Shown here piece by piece: positions 1 to 10,835 of a DNA stretch of 64,000 bases. Under the pieces are notes generated by a model. The model made no database searches and was not told where the DNA came from. It saw only the letters and a list, made by a program, of their open reading frames with translations. The stretch lies in assembly GCA_965644315.1 (NCBI GenBank), contig CBFFRQ010000096.1, positions 186,001 to 250,000 on the forward strand, written 5' to 3'. Each line of letters starts with the position of its first letter. Within the stretch, counting starts at the first letter, position 1. This DNA comes from Caecitellus pseudoparvulus. Lineage: Eukaryota; Protista; Bigyra: Bicosoecida. A program made the translations under genes and the position numbers.

Positions 1-2164
1 CCCCCTCATGACGGCCTGCGGCAAGGGGCACGCCGACGTCGTGAAGGTGTTGCTGGCAGCGCACGCGGACGCCAACAACGGCTCCTCAGACGGCTGGCGC
101 CCCGTCATCTCAGCCTGCGACAACGGCAACGTGCGCTGCCTGCAGCTGCTGCTGGATGCGGGGGCTGACCTGAACTTCTTCACGAACCAGGAGACAGGCT
201 TCACGCCCCTCATGAAGGCGTGCTCCAAGGGCAGTGCGGAGTGCGTGCAGGCACTCATCGCCTCGGGCGCCAGCGTGGACGCGGCGAACTTGAAGACGGG
301 CTGGCGGGCCATGATGAACACGGTGAAGGAGGAGGGGCGGGAGGAGTGCCTGCAGCAGCTGGTGGCGGCGTCAGCAGAGGTGAACTTCACGACGGAGAAC
401 GCCGACGCGTGGTGCCCCCTGGCCAAAGCCGCCAAGGAGGGGCTGCGGGACGCCGTGCGCATCCTGCTGTCCGCTGGCGCAGACGCCAACCTGACGCACA
501 AGACGTCAGGCCTGACGGTGCTGATGGAGGCGGCGTCTGCGGGGCACGTGGACGTCGTGCAGGAGTTCATGGCCTTCCGTTCCCGCAACGGCATCGACCT
601 GGACGGCACCTGCCGCAAGACGGGCAAGACCAGCATGGCCTACGCCGCCGAGCGTGGGCACACGGGCGTCGTGCTGTCCTTGCTCAACGCGGGGGCGGAT
701 CCGGACATTGGCGCCAAGCGGGGCGTCTGCCCCATGCAGCTGGCAGCCGTGAAGGGGCATGTGGATGTGGTGCAGGAGCTGCTGAGCCGGGGCGTGTCAG
801 CGCGCCAGGCCATGGACATGCGTGGGTACACGACGCGAGTGCCCACACACGTGCAGACGTGCCTGACCTCTCGAGTGGAAGCGGAGTGTGGCGCGGAGGC
901 GGACGCCGCCGCCGCCGCCCTCCTGGCTGAGCTGGAGGAGGAGGAGGCGGCCGAGAGCGCCAAGAAGCAGAAGGCGGCCCGCAAGCGCGCCAAGCGCAAG
1001 GAGAAGCGCGAGGCAGAGAAGCACGCTGCTGCCGTGCAGGCGCAGAAGCAGGCCGCCGCCAAGGCGCAGAAGCAGGCCGCTGCTGCAGCTGTCAAGGCGC
1101 GGGCTGCCGCGGCCAAGGCGGCCAAGGCACCGCCGGCCCACACCGCCCAGCCTGCGCCCCAGAAAGCCAAGCCCGCACCGGCACCTGCCCCTGCGCCCTC
1201 TTCCCGGTCCTCTGCAGGCCAAGGCTCGGCGCGCAGTGGGGCGTCGTCCTCCCGCCCCTCGGGAGGGGGTGCTGCCCGGACACGCCAAGCCCCTGCTGCT
1301 GCGCGCACCGACCGCACAACGCCTGGGGCCCAAGCGCAACACGCGACCGCCGCAGCAAGCAGCAGCGGCGGCAGCAGGGGCAGTGGTGCCTCGCGCCAGC
1401 GCAGCTCGGCAGGTGCTGCTGCCACCTCCAGGGGAGGGCCTAGCAGTGCTGGTGGCAGCCGCGGCGCGAGCCGGTCCTCTGGGGGCGCCTCAGGCTCCAG
1501 AGCAAGCGGCAGCTCTGCCAGCGGCGGTGGTGGCGGTGATGCTCAGCGGAGGCAGGGCAGCCGGCCTGCGGCCGCCTCCACCCGGGATGCAGCGCGGCGG
1601 CAGGGCGGTGGCGTGCGTGCCCCGGCAGCACCCTCCGTGCCCGCTGCCAGCCAGCCAGTGCCCGCTGCCGGGGACGACAGGGCGGACTTCCTCATGGGGC
1701 TGGGCCTGGGCCTGTCGGGGACGCCGCTCATGATGGACCTAGGCAGCGAGCAGGGCCTGCACTCCAGCTCCTCAGCCGCCCCTTCCGCCAGCTCAGGCGG
1801 TGGGGGGGAGCACGGCGCCTATGGCGGCCCGCAGACCTCATCCGGCTTCAGCAGCGGCATGGGCGGGAGTGACGGGTACTCCCTGGGCCTGGGCAGCATG
1901 CAGCTGGGCGGGCAGGGCCAGGGCCACTCCTCTGCGTCTGGCGGGGGGGGCGGCTCCCTCGGCCTGGGCAACGTCCCCAGCTTCGGCGGCTGGCAGGGGG
2001 GCATGCTGAGCATGGGGGCTGGGCAGGACCACGAAGGCGGTTTCGGCGGCGTGCCGCTGGCCAGCATGGGCCAGGCAACGGGCGTGTGGAGCCCCCCCTC
2101 CGGCAGCTCCACGGGCGCCTCGGCGGCGTCCTCCCAGCAACCCTCAGGGGGGCAGGGCCGGTGA
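1..2164 (+). CDS. Ankyrin-repeat protein with coiled coil and low-complexity tail (5' truncated by window edge)
   Basis: About 8 ankyrin repeats (PLMxAC..G....V..LL..GA) run from the window edge. They are followed by an AAALLAELEEEE...KKQKAARKRAKRKEKR helix and an S/G/A-rich tail, with TGA at 2162-2164. Confidence 0.85.
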   Translation, partial: PLMTACGKGHADVVKVLLAAHADANNGSSDGWRPVISACDNGNVRCLQLLLDAGADLNFFTNQETGFTPLMKACSKGSAECVQALIASGASVDAANLKTGWRAMMNTVKEEGREECLQQLVAASAEVNFTTENADAWCPLAKAAKEGLRDAVRILLSAGADANLTHKTSGLTVLMEAASAGHVDVVQEFMAFRSRNGIDLDGTCRKTGKTSMAYAAERGHTGVVLSLLNAGADPDIGAKRGVCPMQLAAVKGHVDVVQELLSRGVSARQAMDMRGYTTRVPTHVQTCLTSRVEAECGAEADAAAAALLAELEEEEAAESAKKQKAARKRAKRKEKREAEKHAAAVQAQKQAAAKAQKQAAAAAVKARAAAAKAAKAPPAHTAQPAPQKAKPAPAPAPAPSSRSSAGQGSARSGASSSRPSGGGAARTRQAPAAARTDRTTPGAQAQHATAAASSSGGSRGSGASRQRSSAGAAATSRGGPSSAGGSRGASRSSGGASGSRASGSSASGGGGGDAQRRQGSRPAAASTRDAARRQGGGVRAPAAPSVPAASQPVPAAGDDRADFLMGLGLGLSGTPLMMDLGSEQGLHSSSSAAPSASSGGGGEHGAYGGPQTSSGFSSGMGGSDGYSLGLGSMQLGGQGQGHSSASGGGGGSLGLGNVPSFGGWQGGMLSMGAGQDHEGGFGGVPLASMGQATGVWSPPSGSSTGASAASSQQPSGGQGR

Positions 2165-2306
2165 GGCCCCCACGCCCACCTCCAGGTCAATGCAGACTCG
2201 TGGACGGGTACTTCCATAACTAAATCACCCGTCCCCGCAACCTCCCTCGCACGGCTCGTCTTCAGACTCCCGCGTGTTTCAGCAGGCTCCCGCACAAGGC
2301 ACCGCC

Positions 2307-3111
2307 ATGCGCGTCTTGGCGGGGCTTCTCGTGGCTGCGGCAGCTGCTAGCAGCGCCGCAGCGTACTCTGCAGCAGTGTCCGATGTGGGTGTCGGCAGCT
2401 TTTGCCACACCCTCGCCAGCCACATTCCCCATGGTGCGTGCCGCGCTGGGGAGCGCAGTGCACTGCACTTGCCCAAGCACACCCCACGCAGCATGCCATG
2501 CACTCCCCTTGCCCGCAGAGTGCAAGGCCAAGTCGGACTGCCACTCCATTGACTGTGCATTTGACATTCTGCACCAGGACATCCATGTGGACGTCGATTT
2601 CAACGTGAGAGGCAGCCCTGGTCCATGTGCCGCGGCGACCGCAGCCCAGCTGCCTTGCTGCCGCGCTCCCTCGCAGGTGTGCTCGAACCCTGTGAGCTTG
2701 ACGCTGTCAGTGGCCGACGAAAGTCACCACCTGCACTGGAGTCACACGTTCTCAGCGAGCGAGTCCGTGTACGTGCCTGGGCTCAGCATCGACGTGCCAC
2801 ACCTGGGCTCAGCCGGGGTGAAGGTGGGCGTGGAGGTGGGCGGGGCCAAGCACGAGCTGGACGTCTCCATCACCCTCACGGCCTGTGTGCGCGTGGGGGG
2901 AGAGGAGGTCCCCGTCGCTCACCGGGCACTGCGTGCTCCAGTGCCTGACGCGGGCGAGCTTGCCCCCGCCACTGAGGCAGGCGACTTGGGCTTCGACAAG
3001 TGCTTCCCGAACCCCCCTCTTCGAGTGGTCAAGTTCCACGCGCTGAACTTTTCCTGGGTGCACTGCCGCGCGGAGGACGCCCCTCTTGCCTTGCCAGAGA
3101 GTGACGTGTAG
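2307..3111 (+). CDS. Small secreted Cys/His-rich protein of unknown function (3 exons)
   Basis: Signal peptide MRVLAGLLVAAAAASSAAA from ATG 2307. GT-AG introns at 2434-2518 and 2605-2676 join the frames (…HIPH-E-CKAKSDCHSIDC…DFN-VCSNPV…). Confidence 0.7.
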
Positions 3112-3484
3112 AGCCAGTACATCGCGACACTGCCGACAGCCCAGCACAGCGCCGCAGCAGAAATGTGACAAGCTGGGCCGAGCGGTCTGGAGTGGACTCT
3201 ATGTGTGCCACGCATCGCATGCAAACCCGCACGCCGGCGGCTTGTGAGCCCCCAGCGTGCTTCGAAGGTCCCCTGCGAGGCGAAGCACAGGAGGCCTTCG
3301 ATATCTGTGCGTCGGCGCACTCGTGGCCAAACGCCAATTCAGAAACTAACAATCACCTCAGCACACCGGAATGCATACCTTGGGCACCGCCCGTGCCTTT
3401 GCATGCCGCCCCTGAGCCCCCCCTCCCAAGCAAGGCCCTCGACGCCTGCAGAGGAGCAAGCAGTGTTTCACCCCGAAACGCAGA

Positions 3485-5299
3485 ATGAGCACGACGCCCT
3501 ACCAGCTCCTGCCCTCTGACGGGGATGGAGCTGAGCACAACAAGCCCAAGCAAGCACAACCAGACCGTGCCGTCCGCTTCGAGCCTGCAGTCCCTCAAGC
3601 CCTCGTGGCGGACCCGAAACTCATGCGGCCTCTGGCCTGGTCGCGGCCCAGCCGAGGGCCATACTCTCGGCCCCGCCCGCGCGGGACGGCTTCCAGCCTG
3701 GGCAGGCAGTTCAACGGCGTGGCACAGGTGCCCGTCGTCGTGCGCCCCCCCCTGCGCCACCGCTCGGCGCGCATCCCCACGCAGTCCACGCGCCGTGACC
3801 GGGAACGCAAGCAGCGCCGGCACCGCTCTCGGCGCTACGCCACCTCTGGCAGCGAGGAGGAGGGGCACCACGCCCGAGGCGCCACGTGGGGAGGATGGGA
3901 AGCACACCCTGAGGACGAACCCCTGGACCCCTCTGTCTCGCGGCGCCTCACCGCCATGTGCCTGGCTGAGGAGATGGACACGTCGGCTGTGCTGGCGTGG
4001 TTGCGGCGGGCTGTGGGCGCCTTGCCCCTGCAGCTCACGCCAGGTGTCCCGGTGAAGTGGACCTTCACCATGGTCACGGATGTGCTCCTGGCCACGGCTG
4101 TGCCCAAGAGCGACGCTGACGTGGAGGCTGTGCTGGACCGCATGGACCCCCCCCTGCCCTCCCGCGGCCTCGCGCGCAGCGCAGGCAGCCTCAACGCCCT
4201 GGATACGGAGGGAGGCGATGCCGAGCAGGGCTCTGGGCTGCACACACCCACGTTTGGCGACGTGGAGGGCGCTGACCGGCCCCCCGTCGTGCTGCCCCTG
4301 CACCCTCGCCGGCGCATCCCCTCCAGCCTGAGCCCCACCCCCCTGCCAGATGGAGATGCAGAGGGGGCGGCGGTGGACGGCAGCAGCACCGCTGGGCACC
4401 TGGCTGCACCCTGGCATGGGCCAACGGATGGGGAGAAGGAGTCGGACGTGGACGCCGCCGCCACCCGTGCTGCACTGGAGGCGCAGCTGGCTGCGGAGGC
4501 GGCAGCACGGGAGGAGGAGCGCGTGGCCCGCGAGGCGGCCTTGCGGGAAGCCCGTCTGGGCGCGGTGCGGCGCGAGGCCAGCGGGGACGTGCTTATCTTC
4601 CCCTTCGGCTGCACGGTCACGTGGGGGCTGACAGAGGAGCAGGAGCACACCTTCCTGGCGGCACTGCGGGACGCACAGCTCCTGGTGGCGCCCCTCGCAG
4701 AGCCGGAGGAAGACGACATGATGTGGCACTACTGCACCAACCCCCGGGCGGACACGGAGGGGGCAGGGGAGACCTCCCTCAGTGGGGACGACGTGGAGCT
4801 CTGCTCCACCTGCGCCTCTGAGAAGCTCGCAGCCTCCTACGCCTTCGCCCAGAGCACCAAGCTGTCCGTGTCGGAGCGGCAGGTGGACGCGGAGATCGAG
4901 CGCACGAAGCACGTGCCGGTGACGCTGGCCCGCACCGGCAAGATCCCCCTCTCCGCCTCTGCCATCTCCAAGCAGACCGGCGTCCTCTTCATCCTGCGCA
5001 GCAGCGTGAACCTGACCTCTGACATCCTGGACACACCGGAAGTGTTCTGGGATGACGACAGCTTCGAGCCGACCTACGAGCTGGCCACGGCGTACCTGGA
5101 CCTGTCCACCCGCGTGGACATCGTCAACACGCGCCTGGACATTCTGCGCGAGCTGCTGGACATGCTGTCGTCCCAGCTGGAAGTGGACCACTCCGTGCGC
5201 CTGGAGTGGATCGTCATCTGGCTCATCGTCGCAGAGGTGGTGCTGGAGCTGGCATCCATCCTGTGGGACCACTTTGACCGACACAACGAGGAGTTCTGA
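3485..5299 (+). CDS. RMD1: RMD1/DUF155 family protein
   Basis: Motifs IFPFGCTVTWG, EKLAASYAFAQSTKLS, DILDTPEVFW, YLDLSTRVDIVNTRL and a C-terminal TM segment RLEWIVIWLIVAEV. Long low-complexity N-terminus and internal insertion. Confidence 0.85.
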   Translation: MSTTPYQLLPSDGDGAEHNKPKQAQPDRAVRFEPAVPQALVADPKLMRPLAWSRPSRGPYSRPRPRGTASSLGRQFNGVAQVPVVVRPPLRHRSARIPTQSTRRDRERKQRRHRSRRYATSGSEEEGHHARGATWGGWEAHPEDEPLDPSVSRRLTAMCLAEEMDTSAVLAWLRRAVGALPLQLTPGVPVKWTFTMVTDVLLATAVPKSDADVEAVLDRMDPPLPSRGLARSAGSLNALDTEGGDAEQGSGLHTPTFGDVEGADRPPVVLPLHPRRRIPSSLSPTPLPDGDAEGAAVDGSSTAGHLAAPWHGPTDGEKESDVDAAATRAALEAQLAAEAAAREEERVAREAALREARLGAVRREASGDVLIFPFGCTVTWGLTEEQEHTFLAALRDAQLLVAPLAEPEEDDMMWHYCTNPRADTEGAGETSLSGDDVELCSTCASEKLAASYAFAQSTKLSVSERQVDAEIERTKHVPVTLARTGKIPLSASAISKQTGVLFILRSSVNLTSDILDTPEVFWDDDSFEPTYELATAYLDLSTRVDIVNTRLDILRELLDMLSSQLEVDHSVRLEWIVIWLIVAEVVLELASILWDHFDRHNEEF

Positions 5300-5479
5300 G
5301 CCTGGCCAGGCGCACGAGCTGCCCGTGGCGTCAATTCCCCCGCCACCGGCAACCGCGGCATGAGCAGGCTATGCCTCGCTCGCGTGCCATCCAGCACACC
5401 TTTGGCTGGAATGCACACACTGCACGTGTGACTGCAGGGAGGCGCCCAGAGCAGCAACAATTTCCGCATCACACTCCAC

Positions 5480-5755
5480 ATGGACGGCGCAGGGATGCCC
5501 CCAGAGAAGCTGGCCCGCATGTGCAGCATGCTGACGAAGCGCTACCAGCGCTGTGTCATGAGCACGCTGGCCTCTGACCCCTTCCAAGTCACTGAGAAGT
5601 GCGGGGGCATGTACCTGGACCTCACCGAGCTGTGCGGAGTGGTGGTGCGTGAACCAGCGGCACACAACGCACGCTGCCCTCCCCGACCCCTGCGCGCCCT
5701 GCCCCGAGCACAGGAAGGCGTGAAGCCCCCCGCGCCAGCTGGCCCCGACTCTTAA
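5480..5755 (+). CDS. Small twin CX9C/CX10C (CHCH-like, Mdm35/TRIAP1-like) protein
   Basis: 91 aa, with C-SMLTKRYQR-C…C-GGMYLDLTEL-C spacing and GC3-rich coding-like codon usage. Confidence 0.5.
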   Translation: MDGAGMPPEKLARMCSMLTKRYQRCVMSTLASDPFQVTEKCGGMYLDLTELCGVVVREPAAHNARCPPRPLRALPRAQEGVKPPAPAGPDS

Positions 5756-5766
5756 TGCATTCCCCC

Positions 5767-8170
5767 TCAGAACTTCCACGTGGACTTCTCACCGCAGGCC
5801 CATGGGAACTTGTCGCGCAGCGCTCTGGGGAAGACCTTCTCAATGGGGCACTCCACGTGCTTGCACCAGGCCACCGTGATGCGGGGGTCCATGTAGTTGA
5901 TCTTGGCCGTGCCCAGCGCCACCGTCTTGTTGTCGTCTTTGTTCTTCATGTCCAGCTTGCTCTTCCGCAGGCGCTGCTCGAACGTGGCGATGCGCTTGGA
6001 GAGGGTCTCCGGCGACGGCTGCTTGGAGAACAGGTGGCTCTCTGCGGCCCGCTTGGCCTTCTGCTTCTCCGTGGGCTTGGTGCCCTTGGGGATGACGACG
6101 CTCTTGAGCTTGATGTCCTTGCCTGCCTTGCGCGCCTTGAGGTGCTTGCGCAGCTCCGCCACCTGCTTCGTCAGCAGGGCCACGCGGTCCTGCAGCTTGC
6201 CAAAGGTGGCGGCAAAGGACTTCGGCACCGTGCGTTGATGGTTGCACAGGATGGACACCTCTCGGTTGGCCCGGTTGTACTCGACGGCCTTCTCCGCGTC
6301 GGTGGCGGAGATGGGCAGGTCCCATGGCAGCTCCTCCTGCAGCGTGATGCTGGCGTTGTACGTGCGGAAGACCTTCGCAGACAGCCCCGGCATGAGCTTC
6401 TGCAGCTCCGAGTTCAGGCTGCTGGGCGTGAGCTTGTCGAACAGCTCTGCGGCGCCGTCCTTGCCCCTGGCGAAGCGCTTCAGGTTCTTGAACACCTGCG
6501 CCCCCACGCCGCCGTACCGCGCCAGGTCGATCGTCTGGAAGTACCGCATGCTGTCCTTGCCCAGGAAGTCCAGCGTGATGCGGCGGTCCTCGCCGTCCCC
6601 TGCTGCAGTGGCGGCGGCGGTGGCGGCTGCAGCAGCAGCGGCTGGCGTGGAGGGGGTCTGGCTGGCCCCCTCGTCATCCCCCTCGGCGTCCTCTGGCGGC
6701 GGCTCACCGAAGGTGATGTGCTCCACGCGCAGGGAACAGCAGCCCACCGTATCGGCCTCGTCGTCGTCCTTCTCGCCACCCACACGCAGGGCCAGGCGGT
6801 CAATGACCCACATGGCCGTGCCGGCCTGCGCCTCAAACGGGTCCTTGGACGGTAGGGCGGCCGTGTAGTGCTCCCGCACCTTGCCGATGTACGCCTTGAG
6901 CTTGCGCGCTTTCTCGTACTTGTCCCGGTCAGACTTGCCCTTGAAGCCCGAGGACGCCGCCAAGTACACGTACTTCTGCGCCTTCATCACGTTCTCCTTC
7001 CAGTAGGCCAGCCAGGTGACGGTGGGGTCGTGCACAACCGCCTTCCACGCGTGGCCAGGAGCAGGGCAGGGTGGCACGGGGCCCAGGTCGGAGGTGTTGA
7101 TGGTGATGCGCTCCGCGGGCACGCGCTGCTTGACAGTGCCCGTCTTGGGGTGCTGGCCGCGCCCTCGGAACAGCCCCGGCGGCTCAATTGTGAAATTGCC
7201 CACCCGCTGCACGTGCCCATCCACCAGGGCGAAGCCGTGCTTCAGCACCAGCGCGTCCCGCACCGCCTTGTCGGCTTCCTTCTCCTCCTTGCTGCGGGCC
7301 TTGCGCGCCTCCCGCTGCTTCAGCACCTCCGCTCGCAGGGCGTCCCAGCCGCACTGCTCGAAGTCCTTCACCACGTGCCCCTTGCCCAGCGCCGCCCGGA
7401 AGTCGGCAAAGAAGTTCTTGTTGAAGCGAGGCGCGACACTGGCGTCGCCCAACTGCGGCCCGTCCAACGGCATCTGGGCGTAGAACGTCGCCAGCTCCTC
7501 CTGGGCCGGCGTCAGGTCCACTGGCTCGCCCCCATACGTCAACTTCACGCCGTGGGCGGTGTAGTCGTCGGGGAAGACCACGCCAGTGTGCTCCAGCGTG
7601 CGCCACTGAACGCCGTCAGGCAGCTCATCCTCTTCCCACCACTTGTGTGCCTTCATGGCCGCTTCAATTTCCTCCAGGGGCTTCAGCTCCTTGACCTGCG
7701 CGGGCAGACGGCACGCCTGTGAGGGCAGAGTTTCACCAGCACGTTACCACGCTCCAACGCCTCACCTTGCCAGCCTTCACCTCGGCCGCCTTCTTCGCCG
7801 CAGCCTTCTTCTTGCCTGCTGCAGCCTTCTTCTTGCCTGTTGCTGGCTTCTTGCTGGCACTAGCTGCCTTCTTCGCTGGCGCCGCCTTCTTTGCAGCGCT
7901 GGCAGCCTTGGACGGCGTCTTGCTGCGGGGTTTCTGCAGCGGCAGCGGGCACCATGCGGCGTGATCCAGCCACCTGCACGCAGCTGCGCAGGGTCGCAGC
8001 CGTACCTTGGCAGCAGTCGGGGCCTCTACAAATGCCTCGTCATCCTCAGAGCCGGGTTCCTTGTACGATGCTTGGCTGCGGCGGCGCTTGGTGCCCCTGC
8101 CCTTTGAACCGCCGACAGCGGGCCCGCTGGCGCCCAGGGAGTCCAGCGTCACGTCATCGCTGTCAGACAT
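5767..8170 (-). CDS. TOP1: DNA topoisomerase I (type IB), 3 exons
   Basis: Motifs EPPGLFRGRG, LRVGGEKD, DTVGCCSLRVEH, FLGKDS, AKVFRTYNAS, LCNHQR and catalytic GTAKINYMDPR. K/A-rich N-terminus from ATG 8170; introns at 8005-7934 and 7765-7696. Confidence 0.97.
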
Positions 8171-8385
8171 GGCGGCAGGGGGTGTGCAGGGTGGACAGAA
8201 GGACCGGGGGGCGCTTTGTGTGCGGGATCGTTCACGGTGCCCTCGCTGGCTTGCTCGGCTGGCAGCGCGGAATGTGGCCCAACTACCAGGCTGTCGCGCG
8301 GTGGCCAGGCGGCCACTCAGCGCCTTCCCCTGCACTGCAGGTGTCTGCAAAGCATGTACATTCAGCGCACCTCCTCCGCCCCCAC

Positions 8386-9218
8386 CTACCCACAACACGA
8401 CCCCTCCATGGTGCCTTGTGGCTGCGGTGCAATGGACACGGTGGGCGCCGCCTGTCCTGGGTCCCGGGGCCGTGTCGCCGCTGCCAAGGAGGCATCTCGC
8501 AGGATAGCCCGGACCAGCGCCGTGAAGGCCTCCTGCACGCCCTCCCCTGTGCGCGCCGACGTCTCGATGACGGGCATGCCGTGGCTGGCGGCCCACTTCG
8601 TTGCCGCGTCGGAGGACAGCACCCGGTTCTCCTTCTTGTCGATCTTATTCGCGACGCCGACGAACTTGGGCGCCAGGGCCAGGCTGCTGCAGTGGTTCTG
8701 GGCCCGCTCCAGCCACGCCTCCGCCGCCGGCACGCCAGCTGGGTCGGTGACATCCAGCACCACCATGACGCCGTGGGCGCCCCGGAAGTACTGCCCCACG
8801 ATCGCGTCGAAGCGCTCCTGGCCTGCCGTGTCGTTCACCTGCAGCCGCACGCGGCGCCCGTCAATGGTCATTTCCGTGGACTGTGCTGGGCCAGGGCGAG
8901 TTGCAGGTGGGGAGCCAGGGGCGCGTTGTGCGCGGTTCTGCGGCTCACGCACGTGGCTGTCCGTCGTGATGGTGCTCTGCTGCAGAGGATCAAAGGTCCC
9001 CTTGATGAATTGCCGCAGCAGACTTGACTTGCCCACAGCTGGGCAGGAGCAGCGCCGGCAGGCGTGGCGAGGTGCAGCTTGGCGTGGCCAGAGTCGGTGC
9101 CTTTGCGAGGGCGCGTTCACTGGCGCGCCCGGGTGCTTGTACACCACTCACCCATGGCACCAACCAGGATGATGGTCATGACATTATCGAAAGGGTTCAG
9201 CTGTGACGCCGCGGCCAT
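8386..9218 (-). CDS. Divergent Rab family GTPase, 3 exons
   Basis: Spliced P-loop GAMAVGKSS, DTAGQERF, YFRGAHG, NKID, ETSA and C-terminal CCG prenylation motif. Introns at 9151-9039 and 8952-8881. Confidence 0.9.
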
Positions 9219-9408
9219 GCCGGCCGGCGTGCCTCGGCGGCAGTCGTTTCAACTGCGTTTCGCGCGAGACGCCGCGGACAGGCGTGGCCAATGAGCTGGC
9301 AAAATATCTGCGACCGCTTGCCAAGCGAAGCTGTCCTTCCCGGCAAAACAGACAAGGCTCCAGGTTTTGAAGAGGTTTTTTTTTGCGAAGAGGGGTCCGT
9401 CGACAGAC
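9219..9408. promoter_or_regulatory. Probable bidirectional promoter between Rab and NAPE-PLD genes
   Basis: About 190-nt head-to-head gap, AT-richer than flanks, containing CCAAT and a T9 tract. Confidence 0.5.
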
Positions 9409-10814
9409 ATGGCTGCCACACTGTCACGGAAATATGCCGCTTTCGCCGCCCGTTGGAAGCTGCCCAGCCTGCCCTTGCGGCTCAGCGGCCGGTGTCTGAG
9501 CACTGCCCGACCACATGTAGATGAAGCAAGCGGGAAATTCCGTACTCCCCCTGGGTGGAGCTCGTACAAGAGCACTCACCCGCTGGAGTTCCTGCCGGCG
9601 TGCGTGCAGCGTGGGCCGAAACACGAACGGCTGGCCGCCACCCGCACGGCGCCTTCCGCAGGTTACCCGAGTGGGAGTGGGCGCGCTCCCGCCCTGTGGA
9701 GCAGCGCGTCATTCCGGTGGACGATCGCATCTTGGAGGGGTCTGGCCCCCCCCTGTCTGCCACTTTCCTGGGCCACGCTAGCTTCTTGTTGCAGGTGGGC
9801 GAGCAGCGCATCCTCACCGACCCAGTGCTGGGCGACGGCTCAGGGTGGCTGGACTGGATGGGCAAGTCCCGCTTCACGCCGCCGGCGCTGGGGCCTGCCG
9901 AGCTGCCCCCTCTGGACATCGTCCTGCTTTCCCACGCACACTACGACCACACCGACCTGCCCACACTGAAGGGCATTCTGCAGGCACAGACACAGCACGA
10001 CCGACCCCTCAAGTGGGTGGTGCCGCTGGGCCTCAAAGCCCTGCTGGTGGACTGGGTGGGCGTGCCAGACACCGCCATCGTGGAGCTGGATTGGTGGACG
10101 GCGACCTCCCTGGATGCCCAGCCGGACCCCGTGCCGCTGCCGGCCGAGTGGGCCCATTATGCGGACCGCTCCGGCGCACCACGGTCAGCGGACGCCGGAA
10201 GCGACCATGCGTCCTGCCAGGCCGAAGCAGAGCGCTCCCAGCCCACCAGTTCCGACCTGCCGCCCTGCATCGTGGCGGTGCCTGCACAGCATGACGCCGC
10301 CCGAACTGCATGGGATCGCAACGACACGCTGTGTGTGGGGTACGCGCTGGTGTCCCCCCATGGGCGCCTGCTGTTCACGGGCGACACGGGGTACAGGGCT
10401 GTGGAGCGGGGCGTGGCGCCACTCTCCGCAGAGGAGGACGCCGCCCCCGTCTGCCCCTCCTTCCGGGAGGTGGGTGACCGCCTAGGCCCCTTCGACATGG
10501 GCCTGCTGCCCATCGGCGCGTACAGCCCCCGGTGGTTCATGTCCCGTGTCCACACATCCCCGGAGGATGCTCTGGAGGTGCACCTGGACACGCGCTGCCG
10601 CCGCAGCGTGGGCATGCATTGGGGATCCCTGCCCCTCACGGATGAACCTGTCGGCGAGCCACCCTTGCGCCTGGCAGCAGCGCTGGAGGCACGGGCCTTG
10701 GACCCGTCCACGTTTGTGGCGCTGGATGTGGGGGGGACGCTGACGCCGGCAGGGCCGCTGTCCCCCGACCACCTGCACCAGCCACGCCCACCCATCGTCC
10801 CCCCCGCCCACTGA
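9409..10814 (+). CDS. NAPE-phospholipase D / FMP30-like metallo-beta-lactamase-fold hydrolase
   Basis: FLGHASFL, LTDPV, SHAHYDH (HxHxDH), GDTGY, LPIGAYSPRWFM, MHWG. Intron at 9600-9661; Arg/Ala/Ser-rich N-terminus. Confidence 0.85.
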
Positions 10815-10835
10815 GCCCGCTCTGCACTGCATTGC

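Noticed and set aside
2605-2676. Stop-free 3n introns (72 nt at 2605, 7934 and 8881; 108 nt at 34905) as regulated retention or introner elements
   Set aside because: Absence of stops is expected at this GC content, 72 nt is near the modal length, and the introns share no evident sequence or terminal repeats.
3353-5284. Long antisense and alternative-frame ORFs throughout (e.g. 3353-5284, 23177-25465, 27320-29266, 51555-53015)
   Set aside because: These are shadow ORFs expected from high GC and GC3 bias opposite recognisable genes, and they carry no motifs.
9258-9265. E2F-like TTTCGCGC site
   Set aside because: A single 8-mer beside genes not linked to the cell cycle is likely to occur by chance.
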